From a virus: 60,599 nt of DNA. Where the stretch lies: positions 1 to 60,599 of IMG/VR virus record IMGVR_UViG_3300035138_000104; one strand, 5' to 3'. The position numbers and the translations under genes were made by a program. Below, piece after piece: positions 42,764-51,790 of this stretch. Positions within the stretch are counted from its first letter, which is position 1; every line of letters begins with the position of its first letter. Under the pieces are notes generated by a model. The model worked only from the letters and a program-made list of their open reading frames with translations. It searched no databases and had not been told where the DNA came from.

Positions 42764-44572
42764 TTATAAATTTATATTTTGAATAACTGCGATTTCTAAA
42801 TTTCCTATCTCAATATAATCACCACTTTCTAGCAATTCATCAGAAGGGAAATTAAATTTAATATATTTATTTTTAATTTTCATTTCAATGTAACTTGGTT
42901 TATATCCTTCTTCATATCTCAAAGATATTTCAATATATCCATCAGTTAAAACAGTATATTCCTCATATTCCTCAACAATTATAGTTTTTAATCCATGTGT
43001 CCATGTTTCCCTATAATAGATTATATCATCATCTATTCCCTCAAGAGTATCCCTTAAATTACCATAAATAAATATTTCTTTTATTGTTGGTGCTATTCCT
43101 GAAAAATTATATGTAATTACATCAGTATCAAGATAAGGGGTAATAGTTCCATCACCTGAATGTAAAAAAGTAATTGGCAAGAATGTTTTTCCATTTCCCT
43201 CTGTTAATAGAGATTCTTTTTGTGCTAATATTTCAGATACAGTCATTGCCTTTGTATAATCAATCGTATCTGTTGTGATCCATTCACCGTCAAAATAATA
43301 ATAATCGGAATTTAATTTTATCAATCTTTTAACTGCATCATTCCCTTCTAATGTATCTAATGTTTCAACCCAATTCATTAACCCATCAGTTTTAAATCCT
43401 GAATTTGGGTAAAAATAAGGATTATCAGTTGAATATCCTATATCTACATTTAAATTTGCTGTTAATTCACTAACAGATCCCTGCGTATTTGAATCGAAAA
43501 AAACAATAGTAAATTGACCATATTTTTCACCGACTACAGGAAGTGTATCACAATGACTATTAAAATCACTCAAATTAGTATATTCAGTATAAGAATCACT
43601 AGAGATCCCCCACTCACTCCCTGTCCAATATAATTTATTGCCAGACCTTCCTATTTCCAATAATATTCCTATCTCTCCTGTATAAGTTATAGACAATGAA
43701 TTAAATAATTTTATACTTCCGTCTCCAATATGTTCCATTTCAGGAAAAACACAAACACTTTTTAAATAAGCTTTCTCATAAAAATCAGACCAATCAGGAG
43801 AATAATTTGATGAATGCTGTAATGTAGAAAAAACAGCTATATCATAAATTTTAAAGGCTGTAGATGCTCCCCCACCAAGTCTAAATAGTGATGGGGCTGA
43901 CATTGATAATGACCCTGTATCAGAATCTTGTAATTGCCCATTTATGAAAAAATAAGCATGAGAATTTGTCCAGTTTACTGCAAAATTGTAAATAGATGCA
44001 GCATTTGGAGTCCAGACAAAACTCATATTATAAATTATAATACCAGAAGCATTTGTAATATAACATTGAATTAAGTTGGTATTATGTGCAATATAAACTC
44101 TATTTGTAGTATTAGGACTAGTTTGAATAATATATTGAACAGATGGCGCATTGCCAGTATAATTGAATGACATCCTTATTTGAATACAACCAGAATTTGC
44201 TACGTTTGAAAAATTATCAATTGGGAATTCTTCATAACCGTCTAATAAATCTAAATATCCATCATGCACACTTGCATTTCCCCCAAGTGTACCTGTTAAT
44301 GTTCCATTTCCCCAACTTCCATTTTCATCAACTTCATAACTAGCATAGAAATCACAATCTGTAGGACGCTTATCTGTTTGTCTGAATAGAGAAGTTAAAA
44401 ACTCTACTAAACCACTATCATAAGTAAAATCAGTATCATCCTCACAATCTTCTGTAAAATCAACATTGTCTTGTTGTAACTTTAAATTAAATTTACTTGC
44501 TGATATTTCTATTTTATTCGAGTCTGAAACTGTATAATTGCCTTCCGTTATATAAGGATATGTTTGTATCAT
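42764..44572 (-). CDS. Large virion-associated protein (602 aa), possibly lectin/LamG-like
   Basis: Long beta-rich Asn/Ser/Thr/Tyr-rich ORF in the head block. The fold assignment is uncertain. Confidence 0.35.
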   Translation of the reverse strand: MIQTYPYITEGNYTVSDSNKIEISASKFNLKLQQDNVDFTEDCEDDTDFTYDSGLVEFLTSLFRQTDKRPTDCDFYASYEVDENGSWGNGTLTGTLGGNASVHDGYLDLLDGYEEFPIDNFSNVANSGCIQIRMSFNYTGNAPSVQYIIQTSPNTTNRVYIAHNTNLIQCYITNASGIIIYNMSFVWTPNAASIYNFAVNWTNSHAYFFINGQLQDSDTGSLSMSAPSLFRLGGGASTAFKIYDIAVFSTLQHSSNYSPDWSDFYEKAYLKSVCVFPEMEHIGDGSIKLFNSLSITYTGEIGILLEIGRSGNKLYWTGSEWGISSDSYTEYTNLSDFNSHCDTLPVVGEKYGQFTIVFFDSNTQGSVSELTANLNVDIGYSTDNPYFYPNSGFKTDGLMNWVETLDTLEGNDAVKRLIKLNSDYYYFDGEWITTDTIDYTKAMTVSEILAQKESLLTEGNGKTFLPITFLHSGDGTITPYLDTDVITYNFSGIAPTIKEIFIYGNLRDTLEGIDDDIIYYRETWTHGLKTIIVEEYEEYTVLTDGYIEISLRYEEGYKPSYIEMKIKNKYIKFNFPSDELLESGDYIEIGNLEIAVIQNINL

Positions 44573-44575
44573 TAG

Positions 44576-44788
44576 TTACTCCAATTTTAATAATACTGAA
44601 TTTGGAATTAAGACTTGATCATTATCATCTAATTTTCCATTTACCCCTGTCTGCAAAACAACATAATTAGGATTATTTTTATCAATCCTTACACAGACGT
44701 TACCATTATAAATAAAAACCCCTTTTTCAACAGTAGAAAAATCAACTGTTGTCTGCATATCATTCTCAACTACAATAGATTGTGCCAA
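44576..44788 (-). CDS. Hypothetical protein (70 aa)
   Basis: ORF in the gene train. Confidence 0.6.
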   Translation of the reverse strand: MAQSIVVENDMQTTVDFSTVEKGVFIYNGNVCVRIDKNNPNYVVLQTGVNGKLDDNDQVLIPNSVLLKLE

Positions 44789-44800
44789 AATTAACTCCTT

Positions 44801-45052
44801 TTAATGAACAATCTTTTTCTCTTCCTCTGGTTTTGTCATTTCGGTTATCTCTATATCTGCGGTTTTATCAAATATTAATATCCTGGCTGGAAAGAATATC
44901 ATCTTTAAATTAGATCTTATCATTTCTAAGTTCTCCCTTTTAATCTCGGATAATCTTTCAACCTTTAATATAACCGTAGAATGAGGATAAACCTCTGTAA
45001 CTTTAACAGAATCTAAGTCTATCTCTTGTCCATCGTCTAAAATTAGTTTCAT
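44801..45052 (-). CDS. Hypothetical protein (83 aa)
   Basis: ORF directly after the portal gene. Confidence 0.6.
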   Translation of the reverse strand: MKLILDDGQEIDLDSVKVTEVYPHSTVILKVERLSEIKRENLEMIRSNLKMIFFPARILIFDKTADIEITEMTKPEEEKKIVH

Positions 45053-45053
45053 T

Positions 45054-46505
45054 TTATTTCTCCTTATTAAAAATATTATTAAAAAACTTCTTTACCTTTG
45101 AATTAGGCATATCTGGAACTTCAGGTGTTTGCTGCTTTTTTCGATAAACACTGACTGTATTCTGTTGTTCCTGATCAACACCTTCCTGAAAATTAGGCTC
45201 TGGCTTCTCTGGTACATATCCGACATCTATTCCTATTATACCTTCTTTCTGTCCCCATGAAACCGCTTTATCCATACCAATAGCGCCTCTATCATACCAC
45301 CCCCAAATTCTTTGAGTTTTACTGGTGGCAATCTGTTCTTCCTGTTCTGCCGACATTATCCTTAAAGGTGGAAAAGTAATCTCATATTGAGGTACATCAC
45401 CATGAACTATCTGAAATGCCATATCAATCAATATAGGCAAAGTATCATATTTTAACGGTTCTCTGATTTCACTTTCAACCATACTGTTATAATTTTCAAG
45501 ATCATCTTCACCCGAATTAAACCCAGCTGCCGACATACCAAATAATTTAGTCATAGGGAAATTTATTGCAGCTGCTATACCCATTCTATTTTGATTCATT
45601 ACTTCAGCCAACCCGGCAAAAGACAAACTCTTTTGATCAAACTTATCCTGAGCATCCAATAATAAAGCATTAAGATAACTCTTGATTTCATTAACCGCCT
45701 GTATTCTTGTTTGTATATTTCTGGTCCCCCCGACTGTTGCCAGTTTATTTGCAAGTCCCTGTATATAGTAAACATCGATTTTACTCTCGTCTAATATTTC
45801 ATATAAAACATCCTGAGTCTTAAGATATAAATTAAGATCTCTTATAATCCTTTCACCTTCAGACATTCCCCATCCTCTAAGTTGTCTTGCAAGATAATGA
45901 GGTGCTTCTTCTCCTCTACCTATTAATACCCTTGATTTATGTATTTTTCTTCCGAATATAAAGAAATGTTCCAAATCTCCAACATCATAAGAAATATTAT
46001 CAAGATAATCAAAGGGCATCTTTGTTGAAGATAACTGCCATCTGTCAACTGCATAAAATCTTAATGGCCCATTCTTAAGTTCTTTTATATTTAATTCTTC
46101 TTCAGGATTCTGATTTGTATTTATTATCAAAGCACTACCACCGAATAATCGCTTCCAAATTAAAAACTGTCTGGTATTAGAAAATAACTTATACTTTCTA
46201 AACCACTTGAATACCTTATCAATATCTTCTTTCGATGCTTCATCAGAATCTATCTCAAAGCCTTTTGACAATGCATCACAAACAGGTAATCTAATAACTC
46301 TCTGGAATATACCGTTACCTGCGAATAAATAAGACAATACTATCCAATTTAAAGTAAGTAATGCATAATTATTATCACCTTGAATTGTTGCATATGTTGA
46401 CAAAGTCGATCCGCCACCTGTGAATGATTGCCACTGATTTATCGTAGTAGCCAAGTCAGCTAAACTGTTGGCTATAATTTTACTGGTTGATCTATTTTTA
46501 GACAT
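45054..46505 (-). CDS. Portal protein
   Basis: 483 aa, the second gene after the large terminase. The size and position are typical for a portal. Confidence 0.65.
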   Translation of the reverse strand: MSKNRSTSKIIANSLADLATTINQWQSFTGGGSTLSTYATIQGDNNYALLTLNWIVLSYLFAGNGIFQRVIRLPVCDALSKGFEIDSDEASKEDIDKVFKWFRKYKLFSNTRQFLIWKRLFGGSALIINTNQNPEEELNIKELKNGPLRFYAVDRWQLSSTKMPFDYLDNISYDVGDLEHFFIFGRKIHKSRVLIGRGEEAPHYLARQLRGWGMSEGERIIRDLNLYLKTQDVLYEILDESKIDVYYIQGLANKLATVGGTRNIQTRIQAVNEIKSYLNALLLDAQDKFDQKSLSFAGLAEVMNQNRMGIAAAINFPMTKLFGMSAAGFNSGEDDLENYNSMVESEIREPLKYDTLPILIDMAFQIVHGDVPQYEITFPPLRIMSAEQEEQIATSKTQRIWGWYDRGAIGMDKAVSWGQKEGIIGIDVGYVPEKPEPNFQEGVDQEQQNTVSVYRKKQQTPEVPDMPNSKVKKFFNNIFNKEK

Positions 46506-46514
46506 ATAATCCCC

Positions 46515-46730
46515 TTATCTAAAATATAAAACGTTTTTCTGATTTCTCCGATTATTTTTGTTAATGCATATAGAACAATAAATATGACTTGCTGCTATTT
46601 TACGAAATGATTTCTTTTCTTTTCCACATGCTTCACATATTAATGGATATGTTATGACTTTTTCTTCAATCTTTTTTCTTTTCTTTCTTATTCTTTTAGT
46701 CTTTTTTGGTGCTTTTTTCTTTTTTGCCAT
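46515..46730 (-). CDS. Highly basic zinc-ribbon protein (71 aa), apparently leaderless
   Basis: MAKKKKAPKKTKRIRKKRKK then CEAC...CSIC. There is no SD, and the ATG lies 5 nt after the -10 box. Confidence 0.6.
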   Translation of the reverse strand: MAKKKKAPKKTKRIRKKRKKIEEKVITYPLICEACGKEKKSFRKIAASHIYCSICINKNNRRNQKNVLYFR

Positions 46731-46735
46731 AATTC

Positions 46736-46765
46736 ACTATACAATAATTAAGGATTATTTGTCAA
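46736..46765 (-). promoter_or_regulatory. Sigma70-type promoter giving a leaderless mRNA
   Basis: TTGACA (46765-46760), 18 nt, TATAGT (46741-46736), then GAAUU and ATG (46730). Confidence 0.6.
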
Positions 46766-46771
46766 TAAAAT

Positions 46772-48316
46772 TTAAACATCCCAGATAGATAAATTAAGAT
46801 TAACCTCAGCCCTGCCTATCATATAAGCTTCAGCTATATTTGGAGATTTACTTTTAGCTTTTTTATCAATAATTATCTTTCCACTTGCTGTTAATTTTTG
46901 TAAAGGCTGAGATAATTCACTCATAAATTTATTAAATAGTGGATGGTCAATCATTTGACTAAAATCTATTAATTTCGTAGCATCATGTTGTTCTTTGTTC
47001 ATATAATGATATGTTTGAAGAAATTCGTCTCTTATTTTATAATAAGCTTGAGACTTAGCGTTTTCGAAAAAGTCTTTATTTGGCCTTTTCTCATCAAAAT
47101 CATAATCGTCAGGCCTAATAACTTTTCCAGACGCAGCCCAGCCAATAATCCTTATACTTAAAGCTTTTTTGTTATTTAGTTCATCTTTCCTTAATTCATC
47201 TAAAATTACATTTAATCCGGCTTTTATTCCGGTCCCTACACCTATATTATCATAACGGAATTCATCACAATCAAATTCTATTGCTCTATAGAAAGCCTTA
47301 CGTGCCGTTTCATTAGGATCTGGACTGGACCATTCTTCTAAATGCAATAAAGTATTGCCATTCATAATACATAAAGCGTTAGTATCAGTACCTTCATCTG
47401 CAACATCAAGGCTAGCAATCCTTTTACCTATTATACCCACATTACAAACTTTTGCTAAATGCGTCCATTCCGCAGGTATCAATATATTCTCAACACTGGC
47501 CAAAGGATTTCTTTCTATCTCTCTTCTAAAAATATGAATAAGCCCACTTGCATAATACTTTTTCCGTTCAGACTCAAACCATTCCTGAGTATGTCTAGGA
47601 TTCTCCCACCAATCAAACGTAAATATAGGTAATTCTCCGGATACAATTTTTTGATAAAATAATGTCGCTGTTCCTGCATGTGTTGATATATCTATTTTAC
47701 AATCACTAGACTTTGACATTGCAGCTTCTATTGATTCAGCCTGCTCATAAAAAGCCGATTCATCTTTAAAGATTATTGTTTGTCTATCACCTCTTAATGG
47801 ATTATCTCCTGATGCCCCTACGATTACAGATTTAGTTTCATAATTAGTTATAAGCATTAATTTAGTTTCGACTGATTGTTTATACATATTTGGAAGATTA
47901 TCTATTATAAAAACAGCTTTTTCAAATAAAGTTCCCATCTTCCCAATAGTATGACATTCACTTGCCTTATATGTAAAAAAAGCTATAGATACATTATTCC
48001 TAAATAATAATAAAAAAATAGAAAATGCAATAAAACACCATGTAGCCCCTACATCACGGCATTTATCAACGCATCCGTCTTCCTGGTTTTGATATCGGGT
48101 AAATAACCATTTAATAAAATCTATTTGTTTTGGATATAATTCAAAGGGTATTATTTTATGCCCAGATAATCTAGGATCATAAGTGAAGCAGAAACGATTT
48201 ATAAAATCAATACAGGAATCGACTTCGTTATAGGGGACCGAGTATAATGTTTTATAATGATTAAGTAGCTCTTTGTCTAATAAGGTTTTAATGCGTTCTT
48301 TAAACGGAATCAGCAT
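46772..48316 (-). CDS. terL: Terminase large subunit
   Basis: 514 aa. KCRDVGATW (terminase-type Walker A variant), IIFKDESAF (Walker B), and a nuclease-half acidic motif LDVADEGTDTNAL. It lies downstream of the small subunit. Confidence 0.8.
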   Translation of the reverse strand: MLIPFKERIKTLLDKELLNHYKTLYSVPYNEVDSCIDFINRFCFTYDPRLSGHKIIPFELYPKQIDFIKWLFTRYQNQEDGCVDKCRDVGATWCFIAFSIFLLLFRNNVSIAFFTYKASECHTIGKMGTLFEKAVFIIDNLPNMYKQSVETKLMLITNYETKSVIVGASGDNPLRGDRQTIIFKDESAFYEQAESIEAAMSKSSDCKIDISTHAGTATLFYQKIVSGELPIFTFDWWENPRHTQEWFESERKKYYASGLIHIFRREIERNPLASVENILIPAEWTHLAKVCNVGIIGKRIASLDVADEGTDTNALCIMNGNTLLHLEEWSSPDPNETARKAFYRAIEFDCDEFRYDNIGVGTGIKAGLNVILDELRKDELNNKKALSIRIIGWAASGKVIRPDDYDFDEKRPNKDFFENAKSQAYYKIRDEFLQTYHYMNKEQHDATKLIDFSQMIDHPLFNKFMSELSQPLQKLTASGKIIIDKKAKSKSPNIAEAYMIGRAEVNLNLSIWDV

Positions 48317-48317
48317 T

Positions 48318-48950
48318 TTATATTTTCTTATTTATTTTACTTTGTATTTCGTGATAAGCCTTTTCAGCCTCTTCTTCTGTTAAGCTCTCAAAGTTTACAG
48401 CGCCGATTCTCTTGCCTTTTGACGTAAAATCTATATTCTGTGTTAATAACTTCATATACATAGAAAGCTTTTCAAGAGCATTCTCTCTATTAGCAAGCTT
48501 TACTTTCGTTATCTTTTTGCCTAACCGATTATATGTCGTCTCTATCCCATCAATACATTTAGTTAACTTACCAAGATCATCAAGCTTTCCTGTCTTCTCA
48601 AGCTTTAAATTACCTTCTTTATCAAGAATATCTTCAGTATTATAAAAAGCCCTAAGCTTATACATTTGTATAATTTCATATTCTAAGGTGTCTTTATAGT
48701 CTGATATTATCTCGTCAAGATAATCTTTAATAGCAGCCTTTACGTTAGAGTTTGCAAGCAATTTACTCGCATCAGTTCTGGCGGTATCATAATTTTGTGT
48801 TAAATTTAACTTTAAATATGCTTGTGTACCATTAAAACCATTGTTTACATATTCTGCTATAAATATTCTTTGATTATCTGTAATTTTGGTATTGGTTAAT
48901 AAACTAGATAAATCCTCAGTTGTAGGAATAGCCACCTTGTTGTCACTCAT
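48318..48950 (-). CDS. terS: Terminase small subunit
   Basis: 210 aa. ITDNQRIFIAEYVNNGFNGTQAYLK...ASKLLANSNVKAAIKD matches the Terminase_2-type N-terminal pattern. Confidence 0.8.
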   Translation of the reverse strand: MSDNKVAIPTTEDLSSLLTNTKITDNQRIFIAEYVNNGFNGTQAYLKLNLTQNYDTARTDASKLLANSNVKAAIKDYLDEIISDYKDTLEYEIIQMYKLRAFYNTEDILDKEGNLKLEKTGKLDDLGKLTKCIDGIETTYNRLGKKITKVKLANRENALEKLSMYMKLLTQNIDFTSKGKRIGAVNFESLTEEEAEKAYHEIQSKINKKI

Positions 48951-48956
48951 AATTAA

Positions 48957-48985
48957 ATATTAGCCCTTTTGTTATGGTTTGTCAA
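48957..48985 (-). promoter_or_regulatory. Sigma70-type promoter giving a leaderless terS mRNA
   Basis: TTGACA (48985-48980), 17 nt, TAATAT (48962-48957), then UUAAUU and ATG (48950). There is no SD. Confidence 0.65.
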
Positions 48986-49135
48986 CTATTTATGTTCAGA
49001 AAGCCATTTTTCATATTTAAACGGATTATTATTATAATTCCAAAATATTTCAAGTATTTCCCTTAATGAATAATATGATAAATCGATTTTATTTTTCTTT
49101 ATATCATTTAAAAATGCATCCCAAATTGTTGGCAT
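48986..49135 (-). CDS. Small protein (49 aa)
   Basis: ATG at 49135. Its TAG stop abuts the -35 box of the terS promoter. It is below the track cutoff. Confidence 0.4.
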   Translation of the reverse strand: MPTIWDAFLNDIKKNKIDLSYYSLREILEIFWNYNNNPFKYEKWLSEHK

Positions 49136-49136
49136 T

Positions 49137-49304
49137 TTATTTCTTCCTAACCTGTTTAATATCCATTTTAAATTTGACTTTAAGAAGCTTACTTACGATT
49201 ATACATATCCATTTTGCAATAAACCAGCGTACTTTTTTAAACCTAGCACCAATGATCTTGCAAGTAACTTCGACTTGAACTACAATTTTACCTTTTCCTT
49301 TCAT
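49137..49304 (-). CDS. Small basic protein (55 aa)
   Basis: ATG at 49304 follows GGUGAGGA. It is below the track cutoff. The antisense track ORF 49066..49278 is rejected. Confidence 0.4.
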   Translation of the reverse strand: MKGKGKIVVQVEVTCKIIGARFKKVRWFIAKWICIIVSKLLKVKFKMDIKQVRKK

Positions 49305-49307
49305 TCC

Positions 49308-49817
49308 TCACCCCTCAATTTTAATAGATCCTTTATAGAACTCAAAATTATAGAATATATCATTAGGTGATTGCAAACTGGTATCATAGTCAACTTTGCA
49401 TTTCATACCGCCTGCCAATAAACTATCACCAACCACTTCACTACAAATAACCCATTCGTCACTTTCAAATCTGTTGTCTTTTATTCTTCGTAATCTTTCT
49501 ATCCCGGACCACCAGGCTTCAATATTGCCTAAACTATAACCTTTTGTATCTCTTAATATTTGTAATGCACGATATATTCCTTTTTCCATGTTATTCCATT
49601 TAGGACGCTTAACTAAAATATATTCACCTAACTTTAAATCCTGTTCTTTAAATGTCAGATCAATTAATCCTATATTTCTTGGACGTATTTCTAATGCAAC
49701 ATTATCAGCTATAACGATTTCAACATGGTTGAAAGGCCCAGTAGTCCGATTTTTTATTATATTCGCTATAGGCCCTATTTCGGAATAAAATAATATATCA
49801 CCTTTTTTAGCTTCCAT
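49308..49817 (-). CDS. Papain-like (NlpC/P60 or YiiX/C92-type) peptidase
   Basis: 169 aa. GDILFY...FNHVEIV...WVCSEVV pattern. Confidence 0.5.
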   Translation of the reverse strand: MEAKKGDILFYSEIGPIANIIKNRTTGPFNHVEIVIADNVALEIRPRNIGLIDLTFKEQDLKLGEYILVKRPKWNNMEKGIYRALQILRDTKGYSLGNIEAWWSGIERLRRIKDNRFESDEWVICSEVVGDSLLAGGMKCKVDYDTSLQSPNDIFYNFEFYKGSIKIEG

Positions 49818-50019
49818 CTTTAGACTCCTTTTTACAACCTTCTAATCTATATTCTAAAAATTTATATTCCCCAATTAACCATTCAACAAAATCAGAAGAG
49901 TAAACCATACTATTATTTAATTCCCATACCGCAATATCATTTATAATATCCTGTAAAGGGATCTTTGTCTTTTTACCTGTTTTCTCTTCATATATTTCTT
50001 CTAATGTTTTTGGTGGCAT
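49807..50019 (-). CDS. Hypothetical protein (70 aa)
   Basis: ORF in the gene train with GGAG upstream. Confidence 0.6.
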   Translation of the reverse strand: MPPKTLEEIYEEKTGKKTKIPLQDIINDIAVWELNNSMVYSSDFVEWLIGEYKFLEYRLEGCKKESKDGS

Positions 50020-50067
50020 TTTTTAACTCCTTTAAAACTTCTTTCGATAAATAACTATCATCTGGCA

Positions 50068-50202
50068 TTATTTATTCCTATTTTTTATTTTGCTAATATA
50101 ATCATTATTAATTTTAGACAAATTTATATCACTTGAATCAATTCCAAACGGGTACTCTTTTTTAAATATTTCTATAACTTCATTCTCTTCGATTATTTTC
50201 AT
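50068..50202 (-). CDS. Small protein (44 aa)
   Basis: ATG at 50202 follows GAGGUGA. It is below the track cutoff. Confidence 0.4.
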   Translation of the reverse strand: MKIIEENEVIEIFKKEYPFGIDSSDINLSKINNDYISKIKNRNK

Positions 50203-50216
50203 ATATCACCTCATTG

Positions 50217-50492
50217 TTATTTAAAATAAATTGCATATACACAATTATTTACTTTTAAATCTGTTTTCATACCATCAAAAACAAAATCAGTTTTAATCCA
50301 TTTTTTAATAATCACTGGAGAATCTTTTTTATATCCATTTCTAAATATTATATTATTAAATCTTTTATGTTCAGTGCTTTGAACTAATCTACTATGCCAA
50401 TAAGGAGTGACTTCTCTATATTCAATATTTTTTTCGCCTGATTTAATTTTATCAAACCATTCCTTTTTTACTATTAAATATAAATCCTTCAT
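50217..50492 (-). CDS. ASCH-domain-like protein
   Basis: 91 aa. KKEWFDKIKSGEKNIEYREVTPYW resembles the ASCH N-terminal pattern (..sG.KtiE.R). Confidence 0.55.
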   Translation of the reverse strand: MKDLYLIVKKEWFDKIKSGEKNIEYREVTPYWHSRLVQSTEHKRFNNIIFRNGYKKDSPVIIKKWIKTDFVFDGMKTDLKVNNCVYAIYFK

Positions 50493-50512
50493 TCTTTCAC
50501 CTCATATATAAT

Positions 50513-50715
50513 AATAGTTGCTATGGTAAGATTCGATTCTTACAATAAGCACCTAGACAGCGAAACGTTTCAAATATGCTTCTAGGCCTGCGTTCAAGCA
50601 CTTCCTAATGGCTTATTTTTCCCGTCTATAAGTTTGTGTTATGGGCATCCAGTTGCCTACTGGCATAACAACTTATTTCTTAAGGGCGTCTCTATTCCGC
50701 CACATAGCAACTATT
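50513..50715 (-). ncRNA. Candidate ~200-nt multi-helix structured RNA in the ASCH gene leader
   Basis: 13-bp closing helix (50513-50525 with 50703-50715) around four arms. These are hairpin 50526-50543; helix 50544-50550/50611-50617 with inner 50552-50557/50581-50586; stacked helices 50628-50634/50670-50676, 50638-50643/50664-50669 and 50649-50653/50659-50663; and hairpin 50685-50688/50698-50701. The region is visibly more G+C-rich than its surroundings. The strand is inferred from context only. Confidence 0.5.
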
Positions 50716-50718
50716 TAT

Positions 50719-51117
50719 TTAATATTTTAATTCAATTTTTATTCTTTGTCCATATGCCGACCAACCAATTTTAGAATCCTTTGTAACAATTCGATTAAAC
50801 TGTTGACTATTCTTAATTTTAAAGCTTTCTTTGTCGAAATCGTCCACTTGAAAATTAAACACAAATGGGCAACAGCATAATTTCTTTTCATCTAAGTTAT
50901 ATACAATTAAATAAATCTCTTGATCTTCCAATATATATTGAGATAGATCAATAATTTGTTCTTCTGTAGGTACTTCGCCTTCATATATCAATACTGTTGT
51001 TAATTTTTTCTCTTGAATAATTGTTTTATCGTCTTTGCCATCGTCACCGTCCTCACTTTGCTGTAAAGGGCAACTTATTAACATAATACTTAGTAAAATT
51101 AAAATAAAATACTTCAT
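50719..51117 (-). CDS. Lipoprotein (132 aa)
   Basis: Signal peptide ending in the lipobox LISC. Confidence 0.65.
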   Translation of the reverse strand: MKYFILILLSIMLISCPLQQSEDGDDGKDDKTIIQEKKLTTVLIYEGEVPTEEQIIDLSQYILEDQEIYLIVYNLDEKKLCCCPFVFNFQVDDFDKESFKIKNSQQFNRIVTKDSKIGWSAYGQRIKIELKY

Positions 51118-51287
51118 TTTTTCTCCTTTTCTATAAAATATTTAATAATTTTTTTCCATTCTTTTTTAATTTCATTTTGAACATTAAGATCAATTTCATA
51201 CCATTCATCCCCTAATCCTGAACGATCTGCAATATCAGAAATTATAGCACTAATAATTTTATCTATTGTCTTATCAGATATCTTCAT
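51114..51287 (-). CDS. Small protein (57 aa)
   Basis: ATG at 51287 follows AGGAG. It has ATGA overlaps with both neighbours and is below the track cutoff. Confidence 0.5.
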   Translation of the reverse strand: MKISDKTIDKIISAIISDIADRSGLGDEWYEIDLNVQNEIKKEWKKIIKYFIEKEKK

Positions 51288-51532
51288 TCTTTATTCTCCT
51301 TAATTTTTATTAGTTTAAATTTATCGCCTACTTTATAACTTTCTTCAAAAGTATAAAAGTAATAATTTACACCATCCGCATCTTTTAAATAAACTTTTTT
51401 TCTAAATTCATTTTTTATACCCTTAATCTTAATAATACAATATTCTTCATCAAATTTAATATGCTTTTCAAAAATTGGTTCACAACTAACCAACATAATA
51501 AATACCAATAAAATAAATAATAATTTTTTCAT
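51284..51532 (-). CDS. Lipoprotein (82 aa)
   Basis: Signal peptide MKKLLFILLVFIMLVSC with the lipobox LVSC. Confidence 0.65.
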   Translation of the reverse strand: MKKLLFILLVFIMLVSCEPIFEKHIKFDEEYCIIKIKGIKNEFRKKVYLKDADGVNYYFYTFEESYKVGDKFKLIKIKENKE

Positions 51533-51762
51533 TTATTTTCCTTTAACTTTAATTTTTTAAATAATTTAATAATTTTAATAGTAAAATAAATAAGTCCAAA
51601 AATATACCAAGAAATTGTAAAACTAATGAATAATGTTCGCCCTATCTCACCAGCATCAATAGTAATCTTGAGAATCCACATAAACATGAATAAAAGAATT
51701 AAATATGCTATTCCTACTAAAACATAAAGAATACAAATAATCATAAAATCCTTTTTCTTCAT
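51529..51762 (-). CDS. Integral membrane protein (77 aa)
   Basis: Two long hydrophobic segments. Confidence 0.6.
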   Translation of the reverse strand: MKKKDFMIICILYVLVGIAYLILLFMFMWILKITIDAGEIGRTLFISFTISWYIFGLIYFTIKIIKLFKKLKLKENK

Positions 51763-51790
51763 TTATTCTCCTTTAAATCCTTTAATTGTT

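Noticed and set aside
50513-50715. tmRNA, 6S RNA, or a tRNA with an intron
   Set aside because: There is no GGGG...ACCA acceptor or tag reading frame. There is no long central bubble. The hairpin next to the closing helix has a 6-nt loop (AUCGAA) rather than a 7-nt T loop. I therefore leave it as an unclassified RNA candidate.
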